Origin: Acidobacteriaceae bacterium
Lineage (GTDB): Bacteria > Acidobacteriota > Terriglobia > Terriglobales > Acidobacteriaceae
NCBI GenBank assembly: GCA_965276605.1
Contig: OZ255619.1
Location: 2,258,119-2,322,118, forward strand
Length of the DNA: 64,000 nt
Direction: 5' to 3'
The notes beneath the pieces were generated by a model. That model had not been told where the DNA came from, did no database searches, and worked only from the letters and a program-made list of their open reading frames with translations. Positions 1-7,499 of the stretch are shown here, piece by piece. Each line of letters opens with the position of its first letter. Positions within the stretch are counted from its first letter, which is position 1. A program made the translations under genes and the position numbers.

Positions 1-114
1 GACCCGTTCGATCGCCTGATCGTGGCCCATGCGCGTGCGAACGGAATGGCGCCGCTGGTCTCGGCGGACCGACGCATCCGGGAGAACTACACCAGCACTG
101 TCTGGGCTGATTGA
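1..114 (+). CDS. PIN-domain (VapC-like) toxin, C-terminal fragment entering from the left edge
   Basis: Frame 1 is open from base 1 to TGA 112-114. The tail DPFDRLIVAHARANGMAPLVSADRRIRENY resembles the conserved D-x-FDR-L-I-x-A C-terminal motif of PIN/VapC toxins. The N-terminus lies outside the window. Confidence 0.55.
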   Translation, partial: DPFDRLIVAHARANGMAPLVSADRRIRENYTSTVWAD

Positions 115-122
115 GGAACGCA

Positions 123-977
123 ATGAGCGAAACGACACGCCGGGCTGTCTTGCAGGGAGCGCTCGCGGCTGCAGTGCTGCCTTCCTCCCTGCAATCGCCG
201 CAAGCGCAAAGCCGCCGCGGCCGCATCCACCAGTCCGTCTCCCGCTGGTGCTTCAAAGACTGGCCGCTCCCGCTCCTCTGCGAGCATGCCCGCGCTCTCG
301 GCCTTGTCGGCGTCGACCTGCTCAAGCCCGAGGAGTACGCCACCCCCGCCCAATACGGCCTGCGCTGCACCATGGGCTATGCCGGTGGCGGCGAGATCGA
401 CCACGGCCTGAACCAGACCGCCCACCACGACGCGATCGTCGCCGGGCTCGCCACAGGTATCCCACTCGCGGAAAAGGCCAACGTGCCGAACGTCATCACG
501 TTTTCCGGCCTGCGCGACGGCATCAGCGATGACGAAGGCGCGCGCAACACCATCGCCGGCCTCAAGCGCATCGCGCCCATCGCCGAGGCGCACGGGGTCA
601 CCGTCTGCATGGAACTGCTCAACTCCAAACGCGACCACCCCCACTACATGGCCGACCACACCGCCTGGGGCGCGGCGGTCGTGCGCGCCGTTGGCTCCCC
701 GCGCATCCGGCTGCTCTATGACGCCTACCACATGCAGATCATGGAGGGCGATCTGGTCGAAACCCTGCGCGCCAACCGCGACACCATTGCCCACATCCAC
801 ACTGGCGGCGTGCCCGGAAGGCACGAGCTCGACGCGCCCGATCAGGAGGTCGCCTGGCCGGGGCTCATGCGCGCTCTCGTCGAGATGAACTTCACCGGCT
901 ATGTCGCGCACGAGTTTGTGCCCGCCGGCGACCCGCTGTCCGGCCTCGCCAGTGCGGTCGCCCTTTGCGACGTTTAA
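123..977 (+). CDS. hydroxypyruvate isomerase-family / xylose-isomerase-like TIM-barrel protein with a Tat-type signal
   Basis: ORF 111..977; ATG at 123 gives MSETTRRAVLQGALAAAVL (twin-arginine signal). C-terminal IAHIHTGGVPGRHELD...GYVAHEFVP matches the Hyi-family pattern. Confidence 0.8.
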   Translation: MSETTRRAVLQGALAAAVLPSSLQSPQAQSRRGRIHQSVSRWCFKDWPLPLLCEHARALGLVGVDLLKPEEYATPAQYGLRCTMGYAGGGEIDHGLNQTAHHDAIVAGLATGIPLAEKANVPNVITFSGLRDGISDDEGARNTIAGLKRIAPIAEAHGVTVCMELLNSKRDHPHYMADHTAWGAAVVRAVGSPRIRLLYDAYHMQIMEGDLVETLRANRDTIAHIHTGGVPGRHELDAPDQEVAWPGLMRALVEMNFTGYVAHEFVPAGDPLSGLASAVALCDV

Positions 978-1089
978 TCTCTTCACCATCAATCCTTTGC
1001 AGGCCCTCCCGCATCGCATGCAACTGGCCGATCCGCACGCGCGATACTGCATATCGTGGAACGCGGAACGGCCAGTTCGGAGGAAACGC

Positions 1090-1488
1090 ATGAACTGTCG
1101 AAAGACAAAAGCATGGCTGGCGGCCGGGGCTCTGCTCTGTGCCACAGCAGCACCGCTTGTACCCGCAGCATACGCGCAGTATGACCGCCACAATAACAAT
1201 AATGGTCACAGCAACTATTACAGCGGTCAGCGCAACAGCGAGCGCGGCGGCAACTACGACCAGCGCTACCGGCAGGGCGACCGCAACCACCACGACGACC
1301 ACGGCGGCGGCATCGGCCCAGGCTACGGCGCGTTAATCGGCGGCGGCGGCGGCGCGGCTCTGGGCGCCATCTTCGGCGGCGGACTCAAGGGAACACTGAT
1401 CGGCGGCGCGGCCGGCGCGGGCCTCGGCGCGCTCGGCGGCAAGCTGGCCCAGGGCAACAACCACCATGACGATTACCATCGCCACTAG
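1090..1488 (+). CDS. secreted glycine-zipper protein with His/Asn-rich flanks
   Basis: ATG 1090 is preceded by GGAGGA. Signal peptide MNCRKTKAWLAAGALLCATAAPLVPAAYAQ, then an N/H/R-rich segment and a GxxxG-rich block GALIGGGGGAALGAIFGGGLKGTLIGGAAGAGLGALGG. Confidence 0.6.
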   Translation: MNCRKTKAWLAAGALLCATAAPLVPAAYAQYDRHNNNNGHSNYYSGQRNSERGGNYDQRYRQGDRNHHDDHGGGIGPGYGALIGGGGGAALGAIFGGGLKGTLIGGAAGAGLGALGGKLAQGNNHHDDYHRH

Positions 1489-1602
1489 AGCCGTTTGCCT
1501 GCTCCGACAGTGAGACCAACGACACTCCACGTGGTTTTTCCGCCAAGAAAAGCCACATGCAACAACAGTCGCGCCTGGCCATCTACAGGCAAACGGCTCT
1601 AG
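1485..1602. repeat. structured ~118-bp repeat, copy A (CTAG-terminated inverted arms + conserved core hairpin)
   Basis: Perfect 17-bp inverted arms CTAGAGCCGTTTGCCTG (1485-1501) / CAGGCAAACGGCTCTAG (1586-1602). Core hairpin GTGGTTTTTC-CGCCAA-GAAAAGCCAC at 1531-1556. The left CTAG contains the TAG stop (1486-1488) of the upstream gene. Confidence 0.75.
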
Positions 1603-1633
1603 AAAGCAAAGAACTCACGATCGAGGAGACACC

Positions 1634-2071
1634 ATGAAGCTGGGAATCGAATACCGTGCAGGCGTACTTGCTGCGACACTCGCCGCGGCAACCCTGGTTT
1701 GCGGCACACCCACCGCCCATGCGCAGAGCAGTGCGAGCACGCATAACAAGGCGGAAGGCAGCGATCCAAACGATGCCAAGATCAACGCCATCCCGCTCGA
1801 TCGGCTGGTTACCGCGACCTGCCGCCAGGCCTGGCACATGGGCGGTGAGAACCAGGATGCGTTCTTCGACATCGTGGAGCGGCTGACCGATCTGTCCGCG
1901 CACAACCGCGGCGTCACCCTGCCGGATGACAAAGACGCCGGTTCGCGTGCCGGCCAGTGGATCCGCACGCAGGCGCTCAAGGACCCGGACCAGCTGCTCT
2001 ACGCGGTCGTCGACCACGCCGTGCTGTACTCCCTGCATAAGGGCACATCCACGCCGGTTAGCGCCAAGTAG
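1634..2071 (+). CDS. secreted hypothetical protein
   Basis: ATG preceded by GAGGAG. Signal peptide ending TPTAHAQ. No family recognised. Confidence 0.6.
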   Translation: MKLGIEYRAGVLAATLAAATLVCGTPTAHAQSSASTHNKAEGSDPNDAKINAIPLDRLVTATCRQAWHMGGENQDAFFDIVERLTDLSAHNRGVTLPDDKDAGSRAGQWIRTQALKDPDQLLYAVVDHAVLYSLHKGTSTPVSAK

Positions 2072-2079
2072 CGAGGGGA

Positions 2080-2185
2080 CAGGAAGCAGGAATTCAGTTG
2101 GCGTCATCCTGAGCGCTTGCGCCAAAGGATTAGTTTTAGCTAGCGCTGATTTGTTTCACGTCTCGGCCCTGATACCTGCTTCCTG
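2080..2185. repeat. long hairpin: perfect 11-bp inverted repeat about 85 nt apart
   Basis: CAGGAAGCAGG (2080-2090) and CCTGCTTCCTG (2175-2185). The interior carries GCGTCATCCTGAGCGCTTGCGCCAAAGGAT. It lies between the 1634..2071 gene and the SRP RNA. Confidence 0.5.
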
Positions 2186-2194
2186 CTAAACTAA

Positions 2195-2300
2195 CCCTGT
2201 GCCGGGCCCTGCGCGGCGCAATCCCGCCAACCCCGCCAGGTCCGGAAGGAAGCAACGGCAACGGGCTCGTGCGTGCGCAGCAGGTACCCCGGTACAGGAT
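2195..2300 (+). ncRNA. ffs: signal recognition particle RNA (small, 4.5S type)
   Basis: Contains the conserved helix-8 motif CCAGGUCC-GGAA-GGAAGCA (2236-2254) with a GGAA tetraloop. The 5' CCTGTGCCGGG (2196-2206) pairs with the 3' CCCGGTACAGG (2288-2298). A short T run follows. The ends are approximate. Confidence 0.85.
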
Positions 2301-2419
2301 TCTCCCTTTTGCGGTCACTATAGTCATTCGACACCGCGCCTCCCCTCAGCGAGAATTAAGGTTGTTTGGCTGCCCATCCAATTTGGGAGCACCCTTCCCT
2401 GGCCGCCGGGAGAGATTGT

Positions 2420-3463
2420 TTGAGTCTGGATGAACCGCAACCTGCCTCGCAGAGCAGGCCGCAACGCCTGCTGAAACGCGCAAAGGTCAGCGCGCTCGGC
2501 ACCTACGTACCGCCCCGCATCCTTACCAACGCTGACCTTGAAAAGATGGTCGATACCTCCGATCAGTGGATCGTCGAGCGCACCGGCATCCGCGAGCGTC
2601 ACCTCGCCGAAAAAGGCACGGCGACCAGCGATCTGGCCTCCCAGGCCGCACGCCGCTGTCTTGCCGACCGCGGCATCTCCGCCGACGAGGTCGAAGTCAT
2701 CATTCTGGCAACGGTCTCGCCCGACATGCCCTTCCCGGCAACCGCCTGCCTGGTGCAGGAGAAGATCGGCGCGCACCATGCCTGGGGGTTCGACCTCGGC
2801 GCTGCCTGCTCCGGCTTTCTGTACGCGCTGCAGGTCGGCGCCAAGCTGATCGAGAGCGGGGCCCAGCGGAACGTAATGGTGATTGGCGCCGACACCATGA
2901 GCTCGATGATCGACTACACCGATCGCTCGACCTGCATCCTCTTCGGCGACGGCGCGGGCGCGGTGCTGCTGGAGGCTACCGAGGAGGGCGAAGAGGGCAT
3001 CCTCGACTATGCGCACGAGATCGACGGCTCCGGTGCAAATGCGCTGCGCCTGCCCGCCGGCGGCAGTCTGCAACCCGCCAGTGCCCAGACTGTCGCCGAC
3101 AAGCTGCACTACGTCCACCAGGACGGGCAGACGGTGTACAAGTTCGCCGTGCGCAAGATGGCCGAAATCTCGGAGAAGGTACTGACCCGGAATGGCCTCC
3201 AGGGCAGGGATCTGGCCTGCTTCATCCCCCACCAGGCCAACCGGCGCATCATTGAGTCGACCGCGCAGCGCCTGGACATGCCGATGGAGCGAGTGCTGAT
3301 CAACATCGACCGCTATGGCAATACCATCGCCGCAACCGTCCCGCTGGCCATGGGCACCGCGCGCGAAGAAGGCAAACTCAAGCGCGGCGACATGGTTCTG
3401 CTCACCAGCGTCGGCGCAGGCTTTACCGCCGGCGCCACCCTGCTGCGCTGGGAGCTGGACTGA
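2420..3463 (+). CDS. fabH: beta-ketoacyl-ACP synthase III
   Basis: ORF 2366..3463. [40 protein letters not shown] is near-identical in pattern to the FabH N-terminus; AACSGF and HQANRRI/GNT motifs are present. Start placed at TTG 2420 after GGGAGAG (2408-2414); TTG 2366 is the alternative. Confidence 0.9.
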   Translation: MSLDEPQPASQSRPQRLLKRAKVSALGTYVPPRILTNADLEKMVDTSDQWIVERTGIRERHLAEKGTATSDLASQAARRCLADRGISADEVEVIILATVSPDMPFPATACLVQEKIGAHHAWGFDLGAACSGFLYALQVGAKLIESGAQRNVMVIGADTMSSMIDYTDRSTCILFGDGAGAVLLEATEEGEEGILDYAHEIDGSGANALRLPAGGSLQPASAQTVADKLHYVHQDGQTVYKFAVRKMAEISEKVLTRNGLQGRDLACFIPHQANRRIIESTAQRLDMPMERVLINIDRYGNTIAATVPLAMGTAREEGKLKRGDMVLLTSVGAGFTAGATLLRWELD

Positions 3464-3476
3464 AGCGAGGGCACCA

Positions 3477-3533
3477 GGCGAACAGGCAAAGGCGAACAGG
3501 CAAAGGCGAACAGGCAAGAGGCGAACAGGCAAC
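3477..3533. repeat. 14-bp tandem repeat, four units
   Basis: GGCGAACAGGCAAA x2, then GGCGAACAGGCAAG, one extra A, then GGCGAACAGGCAAC. It lies in the convergent spacer between fabH and the DedA-like gene. Confidence 0.9.
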
Positions 3534-3547
3534 ATGCGGGATGCGCG

Positions 3548-3635
3548 CCCCGAGCATCGCGAGGGCCACAAAAGCACGCAGCCCCGACGAAGAAAACAGG
3601 CACGGAGTGCCCGCCGGCCGCGCAGGCGGTCTTGT
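3548..3635. repeat. interspersed repeat family 2, partial copy
   Basis: CCCGAGCATCGCGAGGGCCACAA (3548-3570) and CACGGAGTGCCCGCCGGCCGCGCAGGCGGT (3601-3630) match 44791-44813 and 44845-44874. Confidence 0.65.
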
Positions 3636-3636
3636 A

Positions 3637-4359
3637 TTAAGCCGTAGCCGTAGCCGACTGCCCCGCGCGCTCCGCCTCCCAGTTGCGCTTCCGCTTCCGG
3701 TACTGCCAGTACCCGAAGAGGGTTGCGGCCACCATCAGGCCGATCGAGCTCCACAGGATCACGCCGGACCACTCCGCCAGATACCGGTTCCACAGCCGCA
3801 GAACATGCCGCCCATACCTGACCCCCACCCACACGATCAGTCCATAGCGAAGCGTGCGGGCAAGCGAAAACGCCAGCAGGAACTGGTTCCTCGAAGCGCC
3901 CAGCGCCCCGGCGCCCAGCAACATCGGCACCAGCGGCAGTGGTGGCGGCAGCATCGCGCTGGTTGCAATGGTCAGGAAGCCATGGTTGTGCATCCAGCGA
4001 GTCATCGGCTCGACCATGCGCTTCGGCGCGAAGTGGCGCAGCATGGATTCGCCGCCCGCCTGACCCGCTTTCCATGTCGTGTACCCGCCGATCACGCTGG
4101 CCACAATCGCGATCAGCGCCAGCACGATCGGCTGCGCGCCGCGCTGGGCCGCCAGGAACAGCAGCAGCAGGTCGGCGCTGCCTGGCAGCAGCAGCGAGAT
4201 GATGGCCGCGTTTAGAAACGAGATGAAAAACAATCCCGGCAGCCCCAGGTGGATCAGCCACGGGGGAATATGCCCGCCATGCGCGTGGTGCACATGATGC
4301 GCAGCCTGGCTTGTGGCGCGCGCGGAGCTCTGCAGGAAAGCAACGAGCGTGGGCGGCAT
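3637..4359 (-). CDS. DedA/YqaA-family membrane protein
   Basis: ORF 3637..4500; ATG at 4359 gives MPPTLVAF.... Multi-TM protein with LGLPGLFFISFLNAAIISLLLPGSADLLLL, typical of the SNARE-associated/YqaA type. Confidence 0.7.
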   Translation of the reverse strand: MPPTLVAFLQSSARATSQAAHHVHHAHGGHIPPWLIHLGLPGLFFISFLNAAIISLLLPGSADLLLLFLAAQRGAQPIVLALIAIVASVIGGYTTWKAGQAGGESMLRHFAPKRMVEPMTRWMHNHGFLTIATSAMLPPPLPLVPMLLGAGALGASRNQFLLAFSLARTLRYGLIVWVGVRYGRHVLRLWNRYLAEWSGVILWSSIGLMVAATLFGYWQYRKRKRNWEAERAGQSATATA

Positions 4360-4507
4360 GGGCGAGGTCGGCTCCTGAAGCAGTATAGGCGCGAGTACGG
4401 ATGTAGATGCGCGTCGGTCCTGCTTCACCTCACGGCATTGCCGCCGGCATTGGGTTGGATCAACGCACCGATCGCTCTCTTGGCCGCCGCTACCCGGCAC
4501 ATCGACT

Positions 4508-5434
4508 TCAGCCGCTCAGTCGTTCAGCCGTCATCCAGGCAATCCGGGGCAGGGAAGAGATCAGGCCCAGCCCGTGTGCCTCCGCGAAAAACCGCTCCAC
4601 CCCCGCAATCGCCGGTGCGTCAAGATAGTAATGAATATTGCGGCCTAGGTACGCGCGCACGGTCTCAGGGTCCAGATCGAGCCGTGGCGCCCACTCCGCG
4701 ACCAGTTCGGCGATGTGGGCGAGGCCCGCATCGCGCGATGCCTGCAGATCGTCCACGACCGCGGAGCACTCCGCAGCGCTGAGCCCGTCAAACCCAGCTT
4801 GCCGCACCGCCCAGAACGCCGAGACCCAGGCCGTGCCCGTCGCGCGCCGCCACAGCGAGCCCAGGTCCAGATAGCGCAGCCGCTCGCCGGTGCGTGCCCG
4901 TCGCGCCGCCCGGTCGCGCCAGGCATACAGCGCCGGGTCGCCGATCAGCACCGCGGCATCGGCTATACGCAGCATCGCATCCAGCTGCGGCGGATGCGTG
5001 AGGAACCGGGGTGTGTGACCCCAGAACCGCCGAAAAAGAATCTGCGTGTACAGCGCCGTTGTGCGCGAAGCCGTGTCGAGCGCGACCCTGCCGATCCGGG
5101 CCAGCTCCTCGGCCGAAGGCGCCTCGCCGCCCGGCTCCTCGTCTTCCCCTTCTTCCCCCCGGATCACCAGCAGCAGCGAGCGGATGGCGCCCAGCGAAGC
5201 GATGGCGCAGCCCGGCACCACCGCCAGCCCCGGCATGGCCGCGTAGGCGCCGATAGGAATCAGCCCGATGTCGGCCGAGCCGTCGGCCAGCGCGCCGGCG
5301 CACTCCGCGGGCGTCATCTTTTCGATCGCATAGCGTTCGGCAAGCCGCTCGGGGTGCGGCGCGTGCTCAAAGTTCCACATCAGCGGCGCGGGGTTCAGGA
5401 AGTCGATCGCCGCCAAACGGAACAGCGGGGTCAA
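4508..5434 (-). CDS. mqnA: chorismate dehydratase (futalosine-pathway menaquinone biosynthesis)
   Basis: ORF 4508..5545. LFRLAAIDFLNPAPLMW...GSADIGLIPIGAY...VLIGDPAL pattern of MqnA. Start placed at TTG 5434, which overlaps the upstream gene's TGA (TTGA). Confidence 0.75.
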   Translation of the reverse strand: MTPLFRLAAIDFLNPAPLMWNFEHAPHPERLAERYAIEKMTPAECAGALADGSADIGLIPIGAYAAMPGLAVVPGCAIASLGAIRSLLLVIRGEEGEDEEPGGEAPSAEELARIGRVALDTASRTTALYTQILFRRFWGHTPRFLTHPPQLDAMLRIADAAVLIGDPALYAWRDRAARRARTGERLRYLDLGSLWRRATGTAWVSAFWAVRQAGFDGLSAAECSAVVDDLQASRDAGLAHIAELVAEWAPRLDLDPETVRAYLGRNIHYYLDAPAIAGVERFFAEAHGLGLISSLPRIAWMTAERLSG

Positions 5435-5910
5435 GCGCCGCTCCGGCTTACCAGCCTCAGCCACACCGGCGCAAACGTCGCCACAAACGCGAGCAGCTGC
5501 ACGCCCAGCAGCGCCGCCGTGGCCGGCAGCAGCGCATCCGCGCACCAGGCCAGCGCAATCCAGAACGCCATGTTGGCCGAGGCCGCCAGGTACACCCAGT
5601 CAGGAAAGCGGTGCTGGTCGCCGCCGAACTGCATCTGCTCCACCGCAGGGTATGGAACCTGCATACGCCACCCCGTTGCGCGCAGGGCCGCGACCGGCAT
5701 CAGATTGAGACAGAGCACCAGCGCGACCCAGGCTGGCAGCGCCCATGGCAACGCCCCAAAGCGCGCGTACACGGCGAGTGTAAAGGCGATGGTCAACAGC
5801 ACGTTTAGCGTCGCCCCGGCATGCACCAGCGCGGGAAAACGCCCCATATCGCCAAGGCGGTTCATCTGGTCGAGCGGTTTGGTGGCTGGGAGTGAGAAGA
5901 TGGCCGGCAT
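5431..5910 (-). CDS. hypothetical polytopic membrane protein, translationally coupled to mqnA
   Basis: ATG 5910 (MPAIFSLPATKPL...). Four to five hydrophobic spans. The stop TGA 5431-5433 overlaps the mqnA TTG. Confidence 0.55.
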   Translation of the reverse strand: MPAIFSLPATKPLDQMNRLGDMGRFPALVHAGATLNVLLTIAFTLAVYARFGALPWALPAWVALVLCLNLMPVAALRATGWRMQVPYPAVEQMQFGGDQHRFPDWVYLAASANMAFWIALAWCADALLPATAALLGVQLLAFVATFAPVWLRLVSRSGA

Positions 5911-5974
5911 ACAGAGGGTCCCTGCAACACTGTAGCCGATGCAATGCAGCAAAGGGAGCCTGGGGGAAAAGCAG

Positions 5975-6361
5975 ATGGCAGCAAAGCTGGTGGTACGCAA
6001 CGTAGTGGGAGGACCGCTCGAGACCTGCGGCAAGGATCCGATGACCGGGTTCTACCGGACCGGCTGCTGTGAAACCGGGCCCGACGACACGGGCGTCCAT
6101 GTGGTGTGCGCTGTGGTGACGCAGGAGTTTCTCGTCTTTTCCAAGAGCCGCGGCAACGACCTGTCCACGCCGCGGCCGGGCTTTGCCGGCCTCAAGCCAG
6201 GCGACCCCTGGTGCCTCTGCGCCCTGCGCTGGGTCGAGGCCGAGCGCCACGGCGTCGCGCCCCCTATCATGCTCGCAGCCACACACGAGGCGGCGCTGCA
6301 GGTGGTTTCGCTCGAAACCTTGCTGCAGTATGCGCTTGACCGCGAGATGGTCGAAGGATAG
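5975..6361 (+). CDS. DUF2237-family protein
   Basis: ATG 5975 after GGGGGA. GGPLETCGKDPMTGFYRTGCCETGPDDTGVHVVCAVVTQEFLVFSKSRGNDLSTPRPGFAGLKPGDPWCLCALRW matches the DUF2237 pattern. Confidence 0.85.
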   Translation: MAAKLVVRNVVGGPLETCGKDPMTGFYRTGCCETGPDDTGVHVVCAVVTQEFLVFSKSRGNDLSTPRPGFAGLKPGDPWCLCALRWVEAERHGVAPPIMLAATHEAALQVVSLETLLQYALDREMVEG

Positions 6362-6484
6362 GCCGGTAGGAGTCAGGGAAGCAGGGATCTGCAAGGGTAG
6401 CGGGAAGACTCGCGTTCAAGGGAAACGCTGCGTACATCGTAGACTCCCCGTATAACCATCGCGCACGTCATCCTCCTTGCCATT

Positions 6485-7318
6485 GTGCAAGGTTTGGCAG
6501 AATTGCTGCCGGTTTCCTCTTCCGCCCATGTCGTGGTCGCCGAAAAGCTTATGGGACTCGATCCCTCGTCGCCCCCCATGACGCTGCTGCTGGTCATGCT
6601 GCACACCGGGACCATGTTCGCGGTCATCGTCTACTTCTGGCGGCAGTGGCGCAGGACGTATTTCTCCAGCATGGAGGCGTTCAAGCGTTCGGCACTACTG
6701 GTCGTCACGGCGACGGTGCTGACGGGGATCATCGGCGAGGTTCTCATGAAGATCATTGAGAAGATGGTGCTCAGGAACGTGCCGCACGCGCAGATCGAGG
6801 ACCTGTTCGGCCATTTGGAGTGGGTGGCGCCGGCGCTCTTTGTCGCCGGGGTTCTGATCCTGATCGCGGGCATGCGCGAGCGGCTTACAGAGCGCCGCGA
6901 TGTGACCGACGAGCCGGAGCTGTCCATGAGACAGGCAAGCTGGGTCGGCGCCGTGCAGGGGCTCTGCCTGCCGTTCCGAGGATTTTCGCGCTCCGGCGCG
7001 ACCATTTCGACTGGCATGCTGGCGGGGGCCGCGCGGGCCCGGGTGGAAAGCTTCTCGTTTGCGTTGGCGGTTGTGCTCACTCCACCCGCGATTGCGAAAG
7101 AGGCGCTGCGGCTGGCGCAGGACCGCAACCTGCCCGGCGCCGAGAGCCTGGGGGCCGCGACCGCACCTAGCCTGCTCGGCGCGGTGTTCGCGTTCCTGGC
7201 CGGGCTGGTCGCGCTGAAGTGGCTCAGTGGCTGGCTCGAGAACGGCCGCTGGTACCTGTTCGGAATCTACTGCCTGGTGGCCTCGGGCCTGGTGTTTTAC
7301 TTGCACCACATTGGCTAG
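6485..7318 (+). CDS. uppP: undecaprenyl-diphosphate phosphatase
   Basis: QGLAELLPVSSSAH signature plus FSRSGATISTG. The first canonical start is GTG 6485, immediately before the signature. The in-frame stop at 6440 leaves no ATG/GTG/TTG that would encode a full first helix. Confidence 0.85.
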   Translation: MQGLAELLPVSSSAHVVVAEKLMGLDPSSPPMTLLLVMLHTGTMFAVIVYFWRQWRRTYFSSMEAFKRSALLVVTATVLTGIIGEVLMKIIEKMVLRNVPHAQIEDLFGHLEWVAPALFVAGVLILIAGMRERLTERRDVTDEPELSMRQASWVGAVQGLCLPFRGFSRSGATISTGMLAGAARARVESFSFALAVVLTPPAIAKEALRLAQDRNLPGAESLGAATAPSLLGAVFAFLAGLVALKWLSGWLENGRWYLFGIYCLVASGLVFYLHHIG

Positions 7319-7356
7319 TAGGCTGTGCGCACAGGAAACAGGGGTGACCGCTCCGC

Positions 7357-7442
7357 CAGCCACACACGAGGCGGCGCTGCAGGTAGTTTCGCTCGAAACC
7401 CTGCTGCAGTACGCGCTCGACCGTGAGATGGTCGAGGGCTAA
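7357..7442 (+). pseudogene. orphan duplicate of the DUF2237 gene 3' end (last ~27 codons plus stop)
   Basis: 86 bp align to 6276-6361 with 8 substitutions and encode the identical peptide THEAALQVVSLETLLQYALDREMVEG. No upstream coding context in that frame. Confidence 0.85.
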
Positions 7443-7499
7443 GGCCGCGGTCTATCCCGCAGCCCTGGCTTGCTGCAGGCGCTCCGGTAAATTAGCGGC

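Noticed and set aside
2199-2423. 74-aa ORF over the fabH upstream region.
   Set aside because: It coincides with the SRP RNA, whose conserved helix-8 motif and terminal pairing explain the sequence.
3477-3533. Tandem repeat considered as a possible CRISPR array.
   Set aside because: The units are 14 bp and directly abutting with no spacers, and no cas genes are nearby.
7227-7442. 71-aa ORF ending in the duplicated DUF2237 tail, considered as a possible real small gene.
   Set aside because: Its first two-thirds overlap the 3' end of uppP in another frame and read as low-complexity text. Only the last 27 codons are meaningful, and they are explained as a recombination remnant.
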